Assembly: GCA_043228905.1 (NCBI GenBank)
Contig: JBHGNT010000001.1
Location: 30,876,001-30,940,000, forward strand
DNA: 64,000 nucleotides
Source: Azolla caroliniana
Lineage: Eukaryota; Plantae; Polypodiophyta
Direction: 5' to 3'
Shown here: positions 14,078-26,817 of the stretch, one piece after another
How positions within the stretch are numbered: position 1 is the first letter of the stretch
Layout: every line of letters begins with the position of its first letter
Program-made: the position numbers and the translations under genes
The notes under the pieces: generated by a model
What the model was told of the DNA's origin: nothing
What the model saw: the letters and a program-made list of their open reading frames with translations, nothing else
Databases searched by the model: none

Positions 14078-16793
14078 ACTTGTATCTCTGGCAACATGGC
14101 ATCTCCAAATGAGAAAGCAATTGTTCCTAATGCAGAAAGAACTCCGAACACTTTGGATGATGTGGTTCCATGAAGATTGTAGTCAATAGTTGCGCGATCA
14201 AGTTTCAAACCTATACATGATTTGTTCGATTAAGTTAGCCCATGATATCCAAATGTTTGGAACCCTTAATAAACCATTAGCTCGAAATCATACATAACAT
14301 GGGAGTGTACATATGGAAGTTGTTATTCAGGAATGAAGACCTAAGCTATCACCATGAATTCACCATTACATGGTGACAACAAAGTCTAACACGTAAAACT
14401 ATCAACAATAGTATGACAATTTGATCATTACCATCATATATTGATAAAAATATTGCGGTTATGGTGAAGCCAATAGTGCAAAAAGTACAAATACAATTGA
14501 ACCATCGAAGAGAGTGGATTGTTGGGAGTTGAGAAAGCCCCAGTTCAAATAGTCCAAATATTATAATAAATTCCTGAAGATTCATGTTGTTGCCTTCATG
14601 GTACACCTTATATATTTCCTACACAAGAAACTCAAATTTAGCATTTATAATCCATGGTATCTGGAGATGGACAATGTGTCATGTTGAGAATTTGGTAATT
14701 AAGCCAAATTCACAATCAAACACAAAAACTTCTTCCAATAATGATGAAATTGAGGCCTAGAGAAATTACTAGACCACTCTGAGGTCATTTCTCTATAAAC
14801 TTCTTCCAATATTTGTGCAAATCCGATATTAGAGTCATATTCAAAATAGATTCAATATGTGCACACCATGTTACATGTATGAGTAGAAACATACAACATA
14901 TGGATTTCAGTGCATAATATCGATGCCTCAAGCTAACCACGTACCACAATTGCATAAGTTTATTATTGTGCATCATGACAACATATATACAAGTTAGTAG
15001 TGACACCCAAAACATTATTACCTATCTATAATCCATGCTTATGCCATTTTATTTTTATTTTTTTATCCGTGCATATGCGAATCAAGTTGCACAATAATTG
15101 GTCTCACTTTCATGCTAGTTGCTGCCGCGATTTGAATTGCAATGTTGTTCCCTATGGAAGCTACCTGCTGAAAAAAAATCACGGCATAGTAGCCACGCTT
15201 TCCTGCAAAGAAAAGAAATAACAAAATGGTCGATATTAGATAATGAGCAAGACATAGGGAACTATTGTTACTAGACCATGTAGAGGTTGGCCCATGTATT
15301 ATTGTCAAACATTCATTAGACAAACATTGTATATGACATATGTCATGGCTAACTATTTCCAAGTTGTCACCTCAAAAATGTTGGAAAATAGATACTCTTT
15401 CTAAGAAACCCTAAAAACAAAAGAAAACAATGCTGTAGATGAGCCGTCGTACTTTGGATATTTGGAAGCACATTATCTTTTAATAACTCCACATCATTGC
15501 CTTCCCTCTTTCACAAAATAGGTTTTTTCATTGCTTGCATATTGCTACCAAAAAATGGATTGGTTTAACTTAAGTTTCTTTAGACTAACTAGCGTATTTT
15601 GATGCCGTTAAACGTGACATCACATAATGTTAGTAGATGGGTAATCTCAAGCTTCATACTTTGGTGATGGGATCCTCTGGAGAAAGAAAAAGGGATATTT
15701 ATGTGGCTATAAAAGATTTGGTGACCTAAATGATATTGCATGTGAAATTCATTACAATGCTTTGTTAGTGGTCATGAAATTTAAGCCTTTCCACAAGTGC
15801 CAAGAAGAGAATTTGGTAATTTTGGTAGGTTTTTACTAGCTTGTTTTTTATGCATATAATTAAAATGGGGACAATTGCATTTTTGGACATGTCTAAACTT
15901 GATTATCAACGATCTTTTTACTTCACTTTCCCGTTGACTAAAAGATGATATAAGTTCCCTTACCATTATTAAAGACTATAATTCTTGGACGTACTTGACC
16001 AACTATTTTTTGGTGTATTCAAAGCAACTGTAATTTATCGGATTGATCCTTAAGTTATGAGTCCTTTAGGAGGTATTTTGTGATGATTATATAGCACAAT
16101 AATTCTACTTTGTAATTTGCTCCCCCACACTCCATAAGCGTTGGCACAAAAGCTCTTTTCAAAACACTACTTGTGCCCATTTGGACGAGAGCTATGATAG
16201 GAATCCTTTTCTTATGAACACTTTTTATTCTTTCAAAATTAATTGTGAAATTCAACCAAGGAGGTACGGTTCCCATCGTCGAGGAAATTAGTGGAGCTTA
16301 GTCGTCTTGTGGTATTGATTGTTTATTTTTCTAAATTGTAGCATATTTATTTATAATCCAAATCACACGAATGAGTGAGGGATGCCTCCTTTATAAACAT
16401 TAAAAAACCTTAAATTTCTATGAATAAATAAACATAATCACATGCTATAAATTGTCAACCCTATATATAAAACATTATCCACGATCATTATCATAAAATG
16501 CATGTGGTCACATTGAAGAAGACGGAAAATGAATTATGAAATTGGAACATGGTGAGGTTTTGTTTGGAGCTCTCTAAATTCCTTCCACCATGTAATGTCA
16601 TGAAGAAAATTCATCATCATTTTCATAAAGAAATAAGGCAAACCATGCAAAGATTTTGATTCTAATCGTGCACTTGCACATGTAATCATGCTCAAAGACA
16701 ACAACATCGATAACATATTTATAGATCATCACAGTATGTTTGTACCATGTACAAACTCTCTTTTTGTATAGACCATGTTCTTTAGCATTCCAA

Positions 16794-16869
<76 letters not shown>

Positions 16870-19107
16870 AATATATCTATCTTTCGTCTTCCGTTTATTT
16901 CTTTCCAGTAAGCACATTACTTATTGTTAAGTTATTTATATAAAAATATCTTGCCCTAGTGGTAAGTTGTTGTTAAACTACCAACTTAGCTACAACTCTC
17001 TCTCTCTTACCATAACAAAAACAAAATTGATTTGATTCCAACACCCGCATACCATAGCAACTACGAGATCACCTTAGGTTCTAATAGTTGGGCTTGGTGG
17101 TTTACAATTTAGTATCAAAGTTTTACCCTTCCCATGGGGTAGCCTATCCCATCTCATACATCACTATCTGTCTGTCATGAGTCGTGAATGCAAATGTTGA
17201 TTCTTTTTTCCAAAATTATAATACTATTCAGACCATTTCAAAGAGATTATGAGGTTAACATAAACAAAGATATTTTTTGAAGATGGGATCTACAAAGCAA
17301 AAGACTTTTTTGTGTCAAGACTAAAGAGCATATCTACAAAGCCAAAGACATTTTATGTCAAGATTAAAGAGCATATCTACAAAGTCACATTGAATATTCT
17401 TCTAATTCTATACACTTCAATTGACTCTATTTTACAGAAATGATACCGATGTAAATAAAGATCATTGCCTTTTATTTTGAGGTGGGTTCTAACTTCAAAG
17501 TTAAAAAGAATTAGTTTGTACAAACTTCATATGCGTCCAATAAAAGTTTAGCCAAATAGGTTGGGAAATTTCCCAATATGTGGTTTTCTAAATTGAACAT
17601 ACCATTGCACAACCCAAATGTTTAGAACTTTTACCTTCCATTAATGAGAACCAATGAAAGGTCATTATCAATGCTAATGCAAACAATGGAAGGTCATTGG
17701 TAATGTGTATGCTATTGCAAGTGTAAGTACCACCTTACAAATCACATATTTTGTCATTACTATGGTATGACATTCATCATTAGCCTTTTTAGTGTTCACA
17801 AACTAGTAGTGAAGAAAAAGATTGTTCATACTTAATGATTGATGTTGACCATTAGACAAATCTTAACTTTTCTTTGATCAACATTACCTTTATTGGTATC
17901 TTGACTATTAGAATGAGTTTGATATCTTGCTTGATGGATAAGTTAATCCAATTGAAAACTTATCTAAACATTGAGAATTTGTGGACTAAAATCGAAAGGT
18001 ATCTTTGCATTGCTTGACAACTCTATGGTAACACCCATCTTTTGTTATCGATGCCTTTCTTTAATGCTATTCTTTTCTTTAAGAGTAAATTGTTGAAGGG
18101 TGTTTATGACAAATACAAAGGAATTGCGGGGAACTTGAGAAAACATTGTATGATTGATGATTAACAGAGTGATTAACCCCAATGCTCAAGTCCACACCAA
18201 CCAATTTTATGTTGCAAACATATGAAGCACACCATCATGTGTATACATTTGAATGTTAATATTTTTTGACGATGTAAAGCTTATGGTCTATAGGTAAAGA
18301 TTTGTAGGGACAATTCAGTAGATTCAAATTCACATTACCAAAACCTTATTTTGAATCCCTCTTTCATTTGAAGGACTATATAATCATTATCACTACCTAC
18401 ATAAACACACACAAACACACACACACACACACATACATACATACATACATACATACATACATACATACACACTCACACTCACACACACTCATATGCACAT
18501 AAACATACATACACACACATACACAAAGAAAGAATGAGAAGAAGATAAAGTAGTACCGAAGATGCTCAAGGCGAGATGCCGATAAGTTGGATGATCCAAG
18601 CCATCCCAAGCCCAAAGAGAAGCTAAGAGGATGCTATTATACCATGTCACCAAGGTGCCAACAACCAACATAAGACACCCTACAGAGAGAACCCAACCAA
18701 GAAACACATGGCATCATCAGCACACGTGATCAAGATAAACGAATTTGGAAAACCGAAAACATTTAGGAACATTTGAGTATATGTGCAGAGATTGAGTGAG
18801 TGAGTAGTGTTGGTGGATGTTAAGGAATTGTATCAATGAATGCTTCTTCAATAGAATGAGAAAGGGGGAGTGTATAGTTAAGAGATGGGTTAAGTAAGTA
18901 AGTAAGTAAGTAAGAGCGACCTGTGGTCCATCCGAGGGAGGCGAGAGCAAAGGGGAGGGGAGAATAAGCAGCAGGTGTGGCGATGGTGGTGGCTATGTGG
19001 AAGGCAGCATGTGCCCATTTCCCTCCTCTGCTCTCTGTCTTCAACTCCAACCCCATCTCCATCTCTGTCTCCCTCTCTATTTCTGCCTCTCCAGACTTCA
19101 CACACAT
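12481..19107 (-). CDS. Amino acid/auxin permease (AAAP) family transporter, GABA transporter/ProT-like, ~438 aa
   Basis: Exons 19107-18921, 18679-18557, 15202-15108, 14618-14432, 14210-14080, 13377-13162 and 12858-12481 splice in frame. Motifs: GKWAHAAFHIATTIATPAAYSPLPFALASLGW, LSQLPTIHSLRW, AFSFGDAMLPEIQSTL, GYWAFG, PFFGDFVALCGAIGFTPLDFVIP. Confidence 0.92.
14019..14074. repeat. (GA)n microsatellite at an intron donor; similar (CA)n/(GA)n tracts at 16796-16865, 18405-18522, 20341-20387, 44705-44754
   Basis: Simple repeats directly visible in the sequence. Confidence 0.95.
17288..17385. repeat. ~44-bp tandem repeat (2.3 copies) in a transporter intron
   Basis: ATCTACAAAG..AAAGAC.TTTT.TGTCAAGA.TAAAGAGCAT repeated. 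Confidence 0.8.
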
Positions 19108-19468
19108 TTATACATACATACATACCTACATATGTATATGTATACATATAAAGAGAGAGAGAGAGAGAGAGAATTAATTTTGTTCTTTGAGTTTTGGGGG
19201 AAGGGGGATTTGAACCATTGACTTTTGGTAGTGTGTTTTGGTTGGTTTCACACCGGGAATGGATGAGTCAACATTCCCTGGCCTCTCCCAATCTCTCTCT
19301 TTGGGCACATGTATCCCCACGATGACCCTCACTCGCATGTTCAATTCATCTGCCTACCTTGTTTCTGAACTCAACTCATCCTAGACACAAAAACAAACCG
19401 AGTCATTGATATGTGTTCCTTTGCAATCTCGTTGGCCCATCACTTACAACTTGCCTATTCAGGTTTTA

Positions 19469-19697
19469 GAATGCTCTGTAGGTTAGCACTTTCAAATAGT
19501 TGTTTGTGTTGTGTGTGGTGAATGCTCCCTACGTTAGTGCTTCCAGATAGGTGGTGTTTGTGTGTGATGAATGCTCCCAAGGTTAGCGCTTCCATATATG
19601 TGTGTCTTGTTTGTCTTTGATGAATTCTCCTTATGTAAGTGCTTTCATATGTGTGTATTGTTTGCTTGTGATGAATGCTCCCTAGGTAAGTGCTTCC
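19469..19697. repeat. ~51-bp minisatellite, 5 units, in the transporter upstream region
   Basis: Core GAATGCTCCCTAGGTTAGTGCTTCC variants at 19469, 19520, 19569, 19622 and 19673, separated by related GT-rich linkers. Confidence 0.85.
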
Positions 19698-20336
19698 GGA
19701 TGGGATCACTTGGACTCTTTCATTCCTTTCTCTCTCTTTTTGTTTGGTTTTGAAACTGTCACACCTTTATCCATTAATCTCTGCCTAAATACCCCATGTG
19801 CTACATGTCTCCTTGAGTCTCTTTGTATCCGTTCCAATCCATTCAGTACAAAAGATTTTCTTTTTGTAAGGTACGCCCGCGATTACTTTGTGTAAATCCA
19901 CAACGAAGAGATGTCAAATCTGATTCTAACCCGAATGCTTTAATGCACTCCTGATGTGGAAAATAGTCTAAGAGGGTACAAAAATCATCGAGACAACAGT
20001 CTAGATAACCTCCTTGTCAACCAACAAACTAACAAACTATTAATGGAATTAGATGCAATGTGTACACATAATAGGTATCAATCAAACCCCAAGACACCAC
20101 CAAGAGTCTTATTTCTACATCAATTAACAAACTTTTAATTCAATTGATCTTCATCATTGCATGTCAACCACCACCTACTTATGAAGAGTAAAAACATTAT
20201 AGACTAATAATCGTTATTTTTTCTTTGAAAGGATGTATTAAAGCTGTTTATAACTTCATATTTTCAAATGTCTTTTTACCATTGTGTGAATCTTAAAGTT
20301 GAAAAAATATATCTTCTATTCACTCTCTCCCAAATG

Positions 20337-20389
<53 letters not shown>

Positions 20390-20579
20390 GCTTGGGTACA
20401 TGGTTTGCCCAATAATTATTCCTCTATTGTCCCTTAAAATTTGCTCCATTGTGCCCCTTTGTCTTGCGCAAAACAAAGATATAGAATGTAGATACATTAC
20501 ACGTCTTTATGAAACAACCACAAACAACTCGAAAGAAGATACATTAAGATGAAAGTCATGGTCACATCAACCCAACACG

Positions 20580-21280
20580 TTAGGAACCTACAAGGACGTG
20601 TCATTTACATATCATTAAGTGATAAGTAATTATGCCTTCTTTGCACATAAAGAACTTACAATGGAGAATCAAGCATGGAGTTGCTAGAGAGAGCATATTC
20701 ACCTTTTCTTGTTGTAGTATACCCAAGAGTCCTACAAGCAAATCATATACTACTCTTTGAGAAAGCTTCCTACACCTAGTCATTCATTGTACCGGATGAT
20801 TATACAATTCTCAAATAAATCTACCACCATCCCCATCTTGTAGGTAAATGCACGTGCCCCTTGTCTCAACAAAGAGGAACATTTGGAACGAGATTCTCAT
20901 AACTTAGAATAACTCCTTAGGCCAAAGATTATGCGGTCATCATCCCTACAATCAAATGTGCTATGTTTATTTCTGTCATTCTTGGAAGATCCTACAACTC
21001 ATGTACCTGTTTTTCATGGAATCTCCATGGTTTATGGATTATTTTTTAACCTAAGGTTCACTTAAGTCTAAGTACGTAGTTCCTTATTAGGCACATCTCC
21101 ATCATTCTAGTTCATCTTCAAACCCGCTATCAGCCACACAATGTTGTCGATATCCCACCTATCATTGTCTCTATTGAACCTTTTTTGGGTAAGACATGGA
21201 CATGATCATTGGCATCACATCTGAGATCTCACATCAATCACTAGTCAATGTTTTGTTTCAAACAACAACAAATTGAACAC
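20580..21280 (-). mobile_element. Heavily decayed Ty3/gypsy pol remnant (RNase H end to integrase)
   Basis: Minus-strand translation gives weak, interrupted resemblance to FETDH..., NIVAD, ESH...GH.G and CQ.V.YD...GLL motifs in the expected order. Confidence 0.3.
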
Positions 21281-21682
21281 AATACATCATCCATTGAGTC
21301 TTTATAAAGAATGAAGCATTTGTGCACAAATGTAAGTTGAAATGATCACCTACCTTTTTAGTCACAAACATCAAATAGGTTGAAGAAAATATCGACTAGG
21401 CAAGTATAACCATTGTGGTCACAAATGTTATGGAGATAGAGGAAAAATTCAAGACAATTACAAACCTTTCATGTCTCAAATAATGACTACAAAAAGATAG
21501 TTATTATTAATGCATTAATTCTTCCCAAATGAATTAGCTAGTTTATGGTCAATTTTGATGTGGCAAAAACCACAATAATTTGTTAGGCTTATGTAGAAGG
21601 TCAAATGTCAACGTGTTCTTTTTTCCAAAAAAAAGATACTACATTAGTATTAGAAAACGTCATAGGGCTATCCATACAAGAT

Positions 21683-22159
21683 TGTTGAGATATCAAGCTC
21701 AACTAAGTTTAGTCATTTAGTTAACCACATAATTTAGTAGTTACCTAGATAGAATCTAGTTAGTGTGTTGACTTGAAAGCCTTAAATAGGATTCTGTACT
21801 TACGTGGGATACATTCTAGATCCTCCACTCACATGTTCATTTATAATAGGACTTATATCTTTGTACCTATATTCTACTCACACATGTGCACTCTTGCACA
21901 TGAGATCTATATATACCTTATTGTGGGTACTTTTGTAACTTGATGTTTTTAATATAGAGAAAGGTCTTTAGCTACACTCTTGTTAATCATCCCATATTTA
22001 TCTTATTGCTCATAAGTGTATCTTCCTCTCGCTCTTTCCCTCTCACATACACACACACACACACATCACATAATGTTCCATTGCTTAATCACATATGTGA
22101 TCTACTACTTACATAATTAAACACTAATTAACCCTTAGTTAATTATCGAATTATTAACA
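21683..22159 (+). mobile_element. Solo LTR (477 bp)
   Basis: Starts TGTTGA and ends TTAACA. 5-bp flanks AAGAT/AAGAC (one transition). Internal TATA-like CTATATATAC at ~21907. Confidence 0.7.
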
Positions 22160-23252
22160 AAGACATACTACATATCCCCTTTTTTTCTAAATTCCAACCA
22201 TCGGCTTAAATAAATACTTTGATGTAGGGTTAAACAAATGTCCACATGGTTTACAAATCATCTCCAAATATTAGCATGAAGATCATGCGAGGAGCATGTA
22301 CTAATACATTTTAACATCTTACATAAACAACCTAAATAAACTCTTCAACCATGATACTTAACAATGAAAGGAGATAACCAAGAGAACAATATCCTAGACT
22401 AATACGATATTGAAAAAACTTTAGAGATAAGTTTTAAGTGACCATGTCCCTCTTTCACTTCCTTGTTTCATGTTGACAAGCATTTTGGGCTAGTGAGAGA
22501 GACACCTGGAACACAACATTACATGCAAAGCACAATGTGATGAGCTATGTCTTGTTTCTAAATGTGGTGATAAATTAACACTTAGAACCTATAAGAGAGC
22601 TCCAAGAATTTAACAAAATAGAGAAACAAGCTACTTTTTTTTAGAGAAAACGAAAGTAAAACAACAAAAATAATCTCTACTTGTACATTTCTATATTTAA
22701 TTATTACAATAACTTTCCCCGTTTAGCGCTAACAAGATATTATTCCTAATGAATTAAACTAGGCATATTTCTAAAGGTCTAAACAACAATGCCTGCAAAC
22801 CTTTATAATATTATTTTGAGATAATGAAACTTAGAATCTCATTCCTTAAAAATGGGCTTTACATGATATTCTAAGTTTTTCCACAAAAATAATTACATGT
22901 CCCTTTAAAAGGCAATGTTAGTAATGCATGAGGAACCATTGACTAACAATCAAAAGCATGAGGATCCACCCAATGTGTAGGTTAGAAAACATCCTTTAAA
23001 ACTTACAATGAAGGCATGGGGACCAGACATACACGTGACATAACACATTCAAGGTACTCATTCGTTAGGTTAGTCAACCTGATGAGGGAGTTCTTATGCA
23101 ATGCTTTAATAAGTAGAAATGTGTGTATGAGAGAGAGGGAGGGAGGGAGGGAGGGAGGGAGGGAGGGGGAGAAATTATGGAACAATTTGTCTTAAATCCA
23201 ACATCCATTCGTAAACAAAAGATATTATGGAATTTATAAAGCATCCATTTGT

Positions 23253-23749
23253 TGTTGTGAAGATCCGTCACTATGTGCGGATCGTGAGGCGGAACTGCGG
23301 GGGTTCTAGACCGGAAGGATTCGAAGTTTGTAGTAGCTTTAGCGAGAAAGTATTTAAGATAGATTGAAAGAGAGAGAGATTGAGATAAGATAGAACGCTT
23401 GACTTTAGATTGAGAGAGATTGAAACAGAGAGAGAGAGAGATTAAGATTGAACCCTTGACTTTAGATTTGAGGAACACGATATAATAATCATCAATTGGA
23501 TAACAAATTTTCTTCTTATTAAATTCTTGATTAATACATCGCTTCGCCTTTTTGATCTTTTTCATCCACTCTTTTATAGATGCCCTGATGCATATGATAC
23601 ATGTGAGGGTACAAGACATGCATACAATGCATGTAATGCATGTTTGCCATTTGGCACTCATGCATTACATGTGATGCATGATAACCATGTCACTCATTGA
23701 AGCTCTAATATGAGAATTTGCATGTGAAACTATAATGATAGAAAAAACA
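23253..23749 (-). mobile_element. Probable solo LTR in reverse orientation (~497 bp)
   Basis: TGTT...AACA termini, flanks TTTGT/TTTCT, minus-strand TATAAAAG at ~23572-23579 followed by a CT-rich R/U5-like region with an internal ~50-bp duplication. Confidence 0.5.
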
Positions 23750-23766
23750 TTTCTAGAGAAATGACT

Positions 23767-23830
23767 TGGCTTAGTAGTAAGCTTACTGCCTCCTATCTTG
23801 AAGGTGCAAGGTTCAAGCCTTGCTTGGATC
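23767..23830 (+). mobile_element. tRNA-derived SINE-like head
   Basis: Pol III A-box-like TGGCTTAGTAG (23767) and B-box-like GGTTCAAGCC (23810-23819) at tRNA-like spacing; no cloverleaf. Confidence 0.45.
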
Positions 23831-24323
23831 TCTTTGTATACAAATTTTTACTAGGTTTTTTAGTCTAGATGATTTTGTTCGTTTCACATCGAAATCATCG
23901 CGATCAACCTATCCAATCGATCCGTCTATCCGGTCCAGTTTCGATGTCGGTGTCGGTCCTAGTTTGGTCGACGTCCCCGTTCGGTTCCAGTTCCGGTTTT
24001 GTCACCGTCCGTCCGTTCCCGTTCCCGTTCCGTCGTCGTCCGTCTGGTTCCATCGCCGCCCACATAAACCACGACGACAAGTTAACCAAGTAAGTGCTCA
24101 TGACAATCCCATCTCAATTTCTGCCCCGCCTTCTTATAACCCAAGGAGGCCTAGTAGTCCTTATCATAAAGATACATTTGATGTCTTGAGCCAATTAGAT
24201 GATGTGTTAAACGAGTAAGTCCGGACAAAATTGGAGCCATTTGGTTGGACAACCCTAGGCATGTAACGTTCGTCCCTAGTTGTGATGGATGAATAGACAC
24301 CTATTTATAAGTCCTTATGGAGT

Positions 24324-24430
24324 ATTCTAGAATGTTCTAGAATATTTTTGATATTTTTGATATTTAATATAATCATGGAATATCCTAGAATGTTTTAGAA
24401 TACTTTAGAATGTTCTAGAATACTCTAAAT
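24324..24430. promoter_or_regulatory. Heat-shock element (nGAAn/nTTCn) arrays
   Basis: aTTCt-aGAAt-gTTCt-aGAAt at 24324-24343 is four perfect alternating pentamers. A second, partly decayed 10-bp-period array lies at ~24378-24430. Confidence 0.7.
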
Positions 24431-24463
24431 ATCAATAATAACTAATAATACATTTATTATAAC

Positions 24464-25140
24464 CATAGATTGACATATTCGCATTCGTCGAGTTTCCCAT
24501 TCGAATGCAAATGAATACGCATACTAATGGGTGGTCAAGTATTCGTTTAACTAAAAAAAAAGAAATTTGTCTTTTTTAATTTCCTAGGATTAAAAAAAAG
24601 GAACTTGACAACAAATAGGGATAATAAAAGAGGGACTTGGGGATTTGTCACTACTAAAATTTTATAATAAATGTATAACTTATAAATTATAACTATTCGT
24701 TTTATTTTTAATAAATAAATAAAATAAAATAAAGGTTCATTAATTTCTCACTTTTTATTCCCTCAAAATTTATGGATATTTTTATTTTGACATTAAAAAT
24801 AGTACTTCAAAGTTGAAGTTCAAACTAATCATATATTCAAAGTTTATACTAATTATATTTGTATAGTAAATATAAAAATATTCATTTTGTAAAAATTAAT
24901 TAATTAATTGATTAATTAAAATAAGTTTCATAAACTCTCTTGACACTATAATCTATTAATGAATAATTGTTCGTTTTTTGGTAAAATAAATTTATTTAAA
25001 TAAATAAATAAATAAATATCGTATATCTATTTTGCAAAACGAATGGTTTTTTAATATTCTTAGGGCCATTTCATATTCTCGAATATTGAGAATATTGCAC
25101 ATTGAGAATATCGCGAATATCACACATGTGTCAATCTATG
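24464..25140. mobile_element. hAT-type MITE (677 bp)
   Basis: Perfect 8-bp TSD ATTATAAC at 24456-24463 and 25141-25148. TIR CATAGATTGACATAT / ATGTGTCAATCTATG. Very AT-rich interior. Confidence 0.9.
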
Positions 25141-25162
25141 ATTATAACTATACATCATATAT

Positions 25163-25232
25163 GTTATTATAATGGTTAAAGGTCTAACACATAGACCAAG
25201 ATGTTTTGGGCTCGAATCCTTGTAAGGCCAAA
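25163..25232 (+). mobile_element. tRNA-derived SINE-like head
   Basis: A-box-like TATAATGGTTAA and B-box-like GGCTCGAATCC (~25209-25219), ending ..AGGCCA. Confidence 0.4.
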
Positions 25233-25240
25233 ATGTTAGG

Positions 25241-26002
25241 TTGTGCTTTAAGTATGGTTTTCAAGATACTTGGTGCTCTCCCTCCTTTAGCAAACATGTT
25301 GAATCTTTGCAATTCTCTAGATCAAATAGACGGTTATTAGGTACTAATATATCTCGATTAGACAGATTCTATGATGACGACTTCTTTATAGCATTAGGAG
25401 GATCATTACAGATATTAATTGGGACAACTTTCTCAAATCACTCACCTCTTATTGTTACTTTGAAAAAAGTGGAAAAAGGGAAGTCCTTTAAGATACCTAT
25501 ACCCTCCTCCTTGTATGTGGATGTTGCCCTTTGAGGAGAAGTTTTAGCAATTTGGAAGGATACATGTGTATCACAATTGATGGTGTGTGATAGAGTTGCA
25601 GATGCAATGGTTAAAGTTAGTAATTGGTTTGGTACTAAAGCAAAGGAGGAACAATGTCAACTCAAAACTAAGATATTAAGTATGAAACGAGCGGTTGCTT
25701 CTTTGCAACATTTTTAGCAACGTATGCCATGGGCTACGTGGGTGATGTTGGAATTAAATAATGCAAAGGATAATCTCGGTAAATTACAAGATACTTGGGT
25801 TGAATGCACTTATAATGCATTTGCTGCAAAGTGGGCACAAGTGGGGGATAAAGTGTCTATTGATGTTTTTTCAAAATTGTAGCTCCAAAAATAATTTGTG
25901 ATGGGATGAAACAACTACAGAGGGATGATGGATCCATTACGGAGGATGCCAGAGAAATGAGGAATATTGCTACAAAATTTTATAGTCATTTATTGACTAC
26001 TA
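25241..26002 (+). mobile_element. LINE (L1-type) ORF2 fragment: C-terminal endonuclease and linker, pseudogenised
   Basis: FQDTW...SRLDRFY...FSNHSPL matches the APE endonuclease motifs RLDR/SDHxP. Later LQRDDGSITEDAREMRNIATKFYSHLL is typical of the pre-RT linker. Stops and frameshifts are present, and it is truncated at the LTR junction. Confidence 0.8.
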
Positions 26003-26812
26003 AGGTGCACGGTTCAAAGTTGGTTTTACAATGCAGCATGATTTAAGGAATTTTATTCCTTTTGCATTGAAGACAAAATTGGCGACCCCCCCTTCTTTTT
26101 TTCTTATAAAAGGAGGTCGAGGGGGCACATTGGGGGACGACATTTTTGTAAGGAGGAAACTATCGCCATTTTTCCTTTGGAGCTCATCATCTTCTTCTTC
26201 ACCACTTCTCTTCATCTCTTCATACCCCTTTATCCCCTCATCGCCACGTGCTCGTCTTCTTCGCGTTGGCACTCGAAGTGCTCGTGAGCCCAAGCTTCGT
26301 TTGTTCGACGTTGCGAGCCCGTGTGCTCGCCGTTCGGGTGGTCGTGGTTCGTTGGGATTGGCATTTTGGTGGTGCTCATGTGTTCATCTCCGTTGTGTTC
26401 GGTTTTGCTCTTGTCTCTAAGGGCATTTAGTGTAAATATGTTTTGATTGAGCTTGTGGTTGACTGGAAGTTGCCATTGTAATCAAACCCTATTTTATAAA
26501 GGGTTCTCTAGGGTTGGAATCGAACACGTATTTATTTCTTTGGCCGATATAATTTGTGTTTCTTTCTTCTCTCTTTCTTTCGCAGAGAGGATTCATAGAG
26601 AGAGTTCGTAGATTGAGGATTCGTAGAGTGAAGATTCATACAGTGAGGATTCGTAGAGCAAATCCAAGATTCGTAGAGTGGGTTCGAAGAGTGCTTTATA
26701 TTTATAAGATTTAAAATAAATAAATAAATAATTGTTTATCCCTTGAGTACTCCCTAGTCCAAGACCCTCGTGGTCCTGCCTAAGTGACACACGCGCGCGA
26801 AACTTCGCGACA
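26003..26812 (+). repeat. 5' LTR, missing its first ~280 bp
   Basis: Aligns to the 3' LTR from 30695 onward and ends TCGCGACA. Confidence 0.92.
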
Positions 26813-26817
26813 TAAAT

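Larger units (their letters stand above)
24200..25157 (-). mobile_element. LTR-like remnant in reverse orientation carrying heat-shock elements, interrupted by a MITE
   Basis: Minus-strand TATAAATAGG at 24300-24309 downstream of TTCTAGAA arrays. Possible TGATGT...ACATCA termini. No convincing TSD, so boundaries are uncertain. Confidence 0.45.

Noticed and set aside
16598-16867. ORFs with ERERER/VCVCVC/LSLSLS tracts here and elsewhere
   Set aside because: They are translations of dinucleotide microsatellites.
19469-19697. CRISPR-like repeat-spacer array
   Set aside because: The 'spacers' are similar GT-rich sequences, the repeats are degenerate, the context is eukaryotic and there are no cas genes. 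It is a minisatellite.
23767-23830. Functional tRNA gene
   Set aside because: A/B boxes are present but there is no acceptor or anticodon stem pairing, so it is treated as SINE-like.
23820-24218. GC-rich 132-aa ORF
   Set aside because: Low-complexity and within the TE nest. At best a LINE 5'/ORF1 remnant, with no supportable domain.
26031-26420. 129-aa ORF and its 144-aa twin at 30723-31157
   Set aside because: Both lie inside the LTRs, diverge by frameshifts and have no recognisable domain. They are incidental ORFs.
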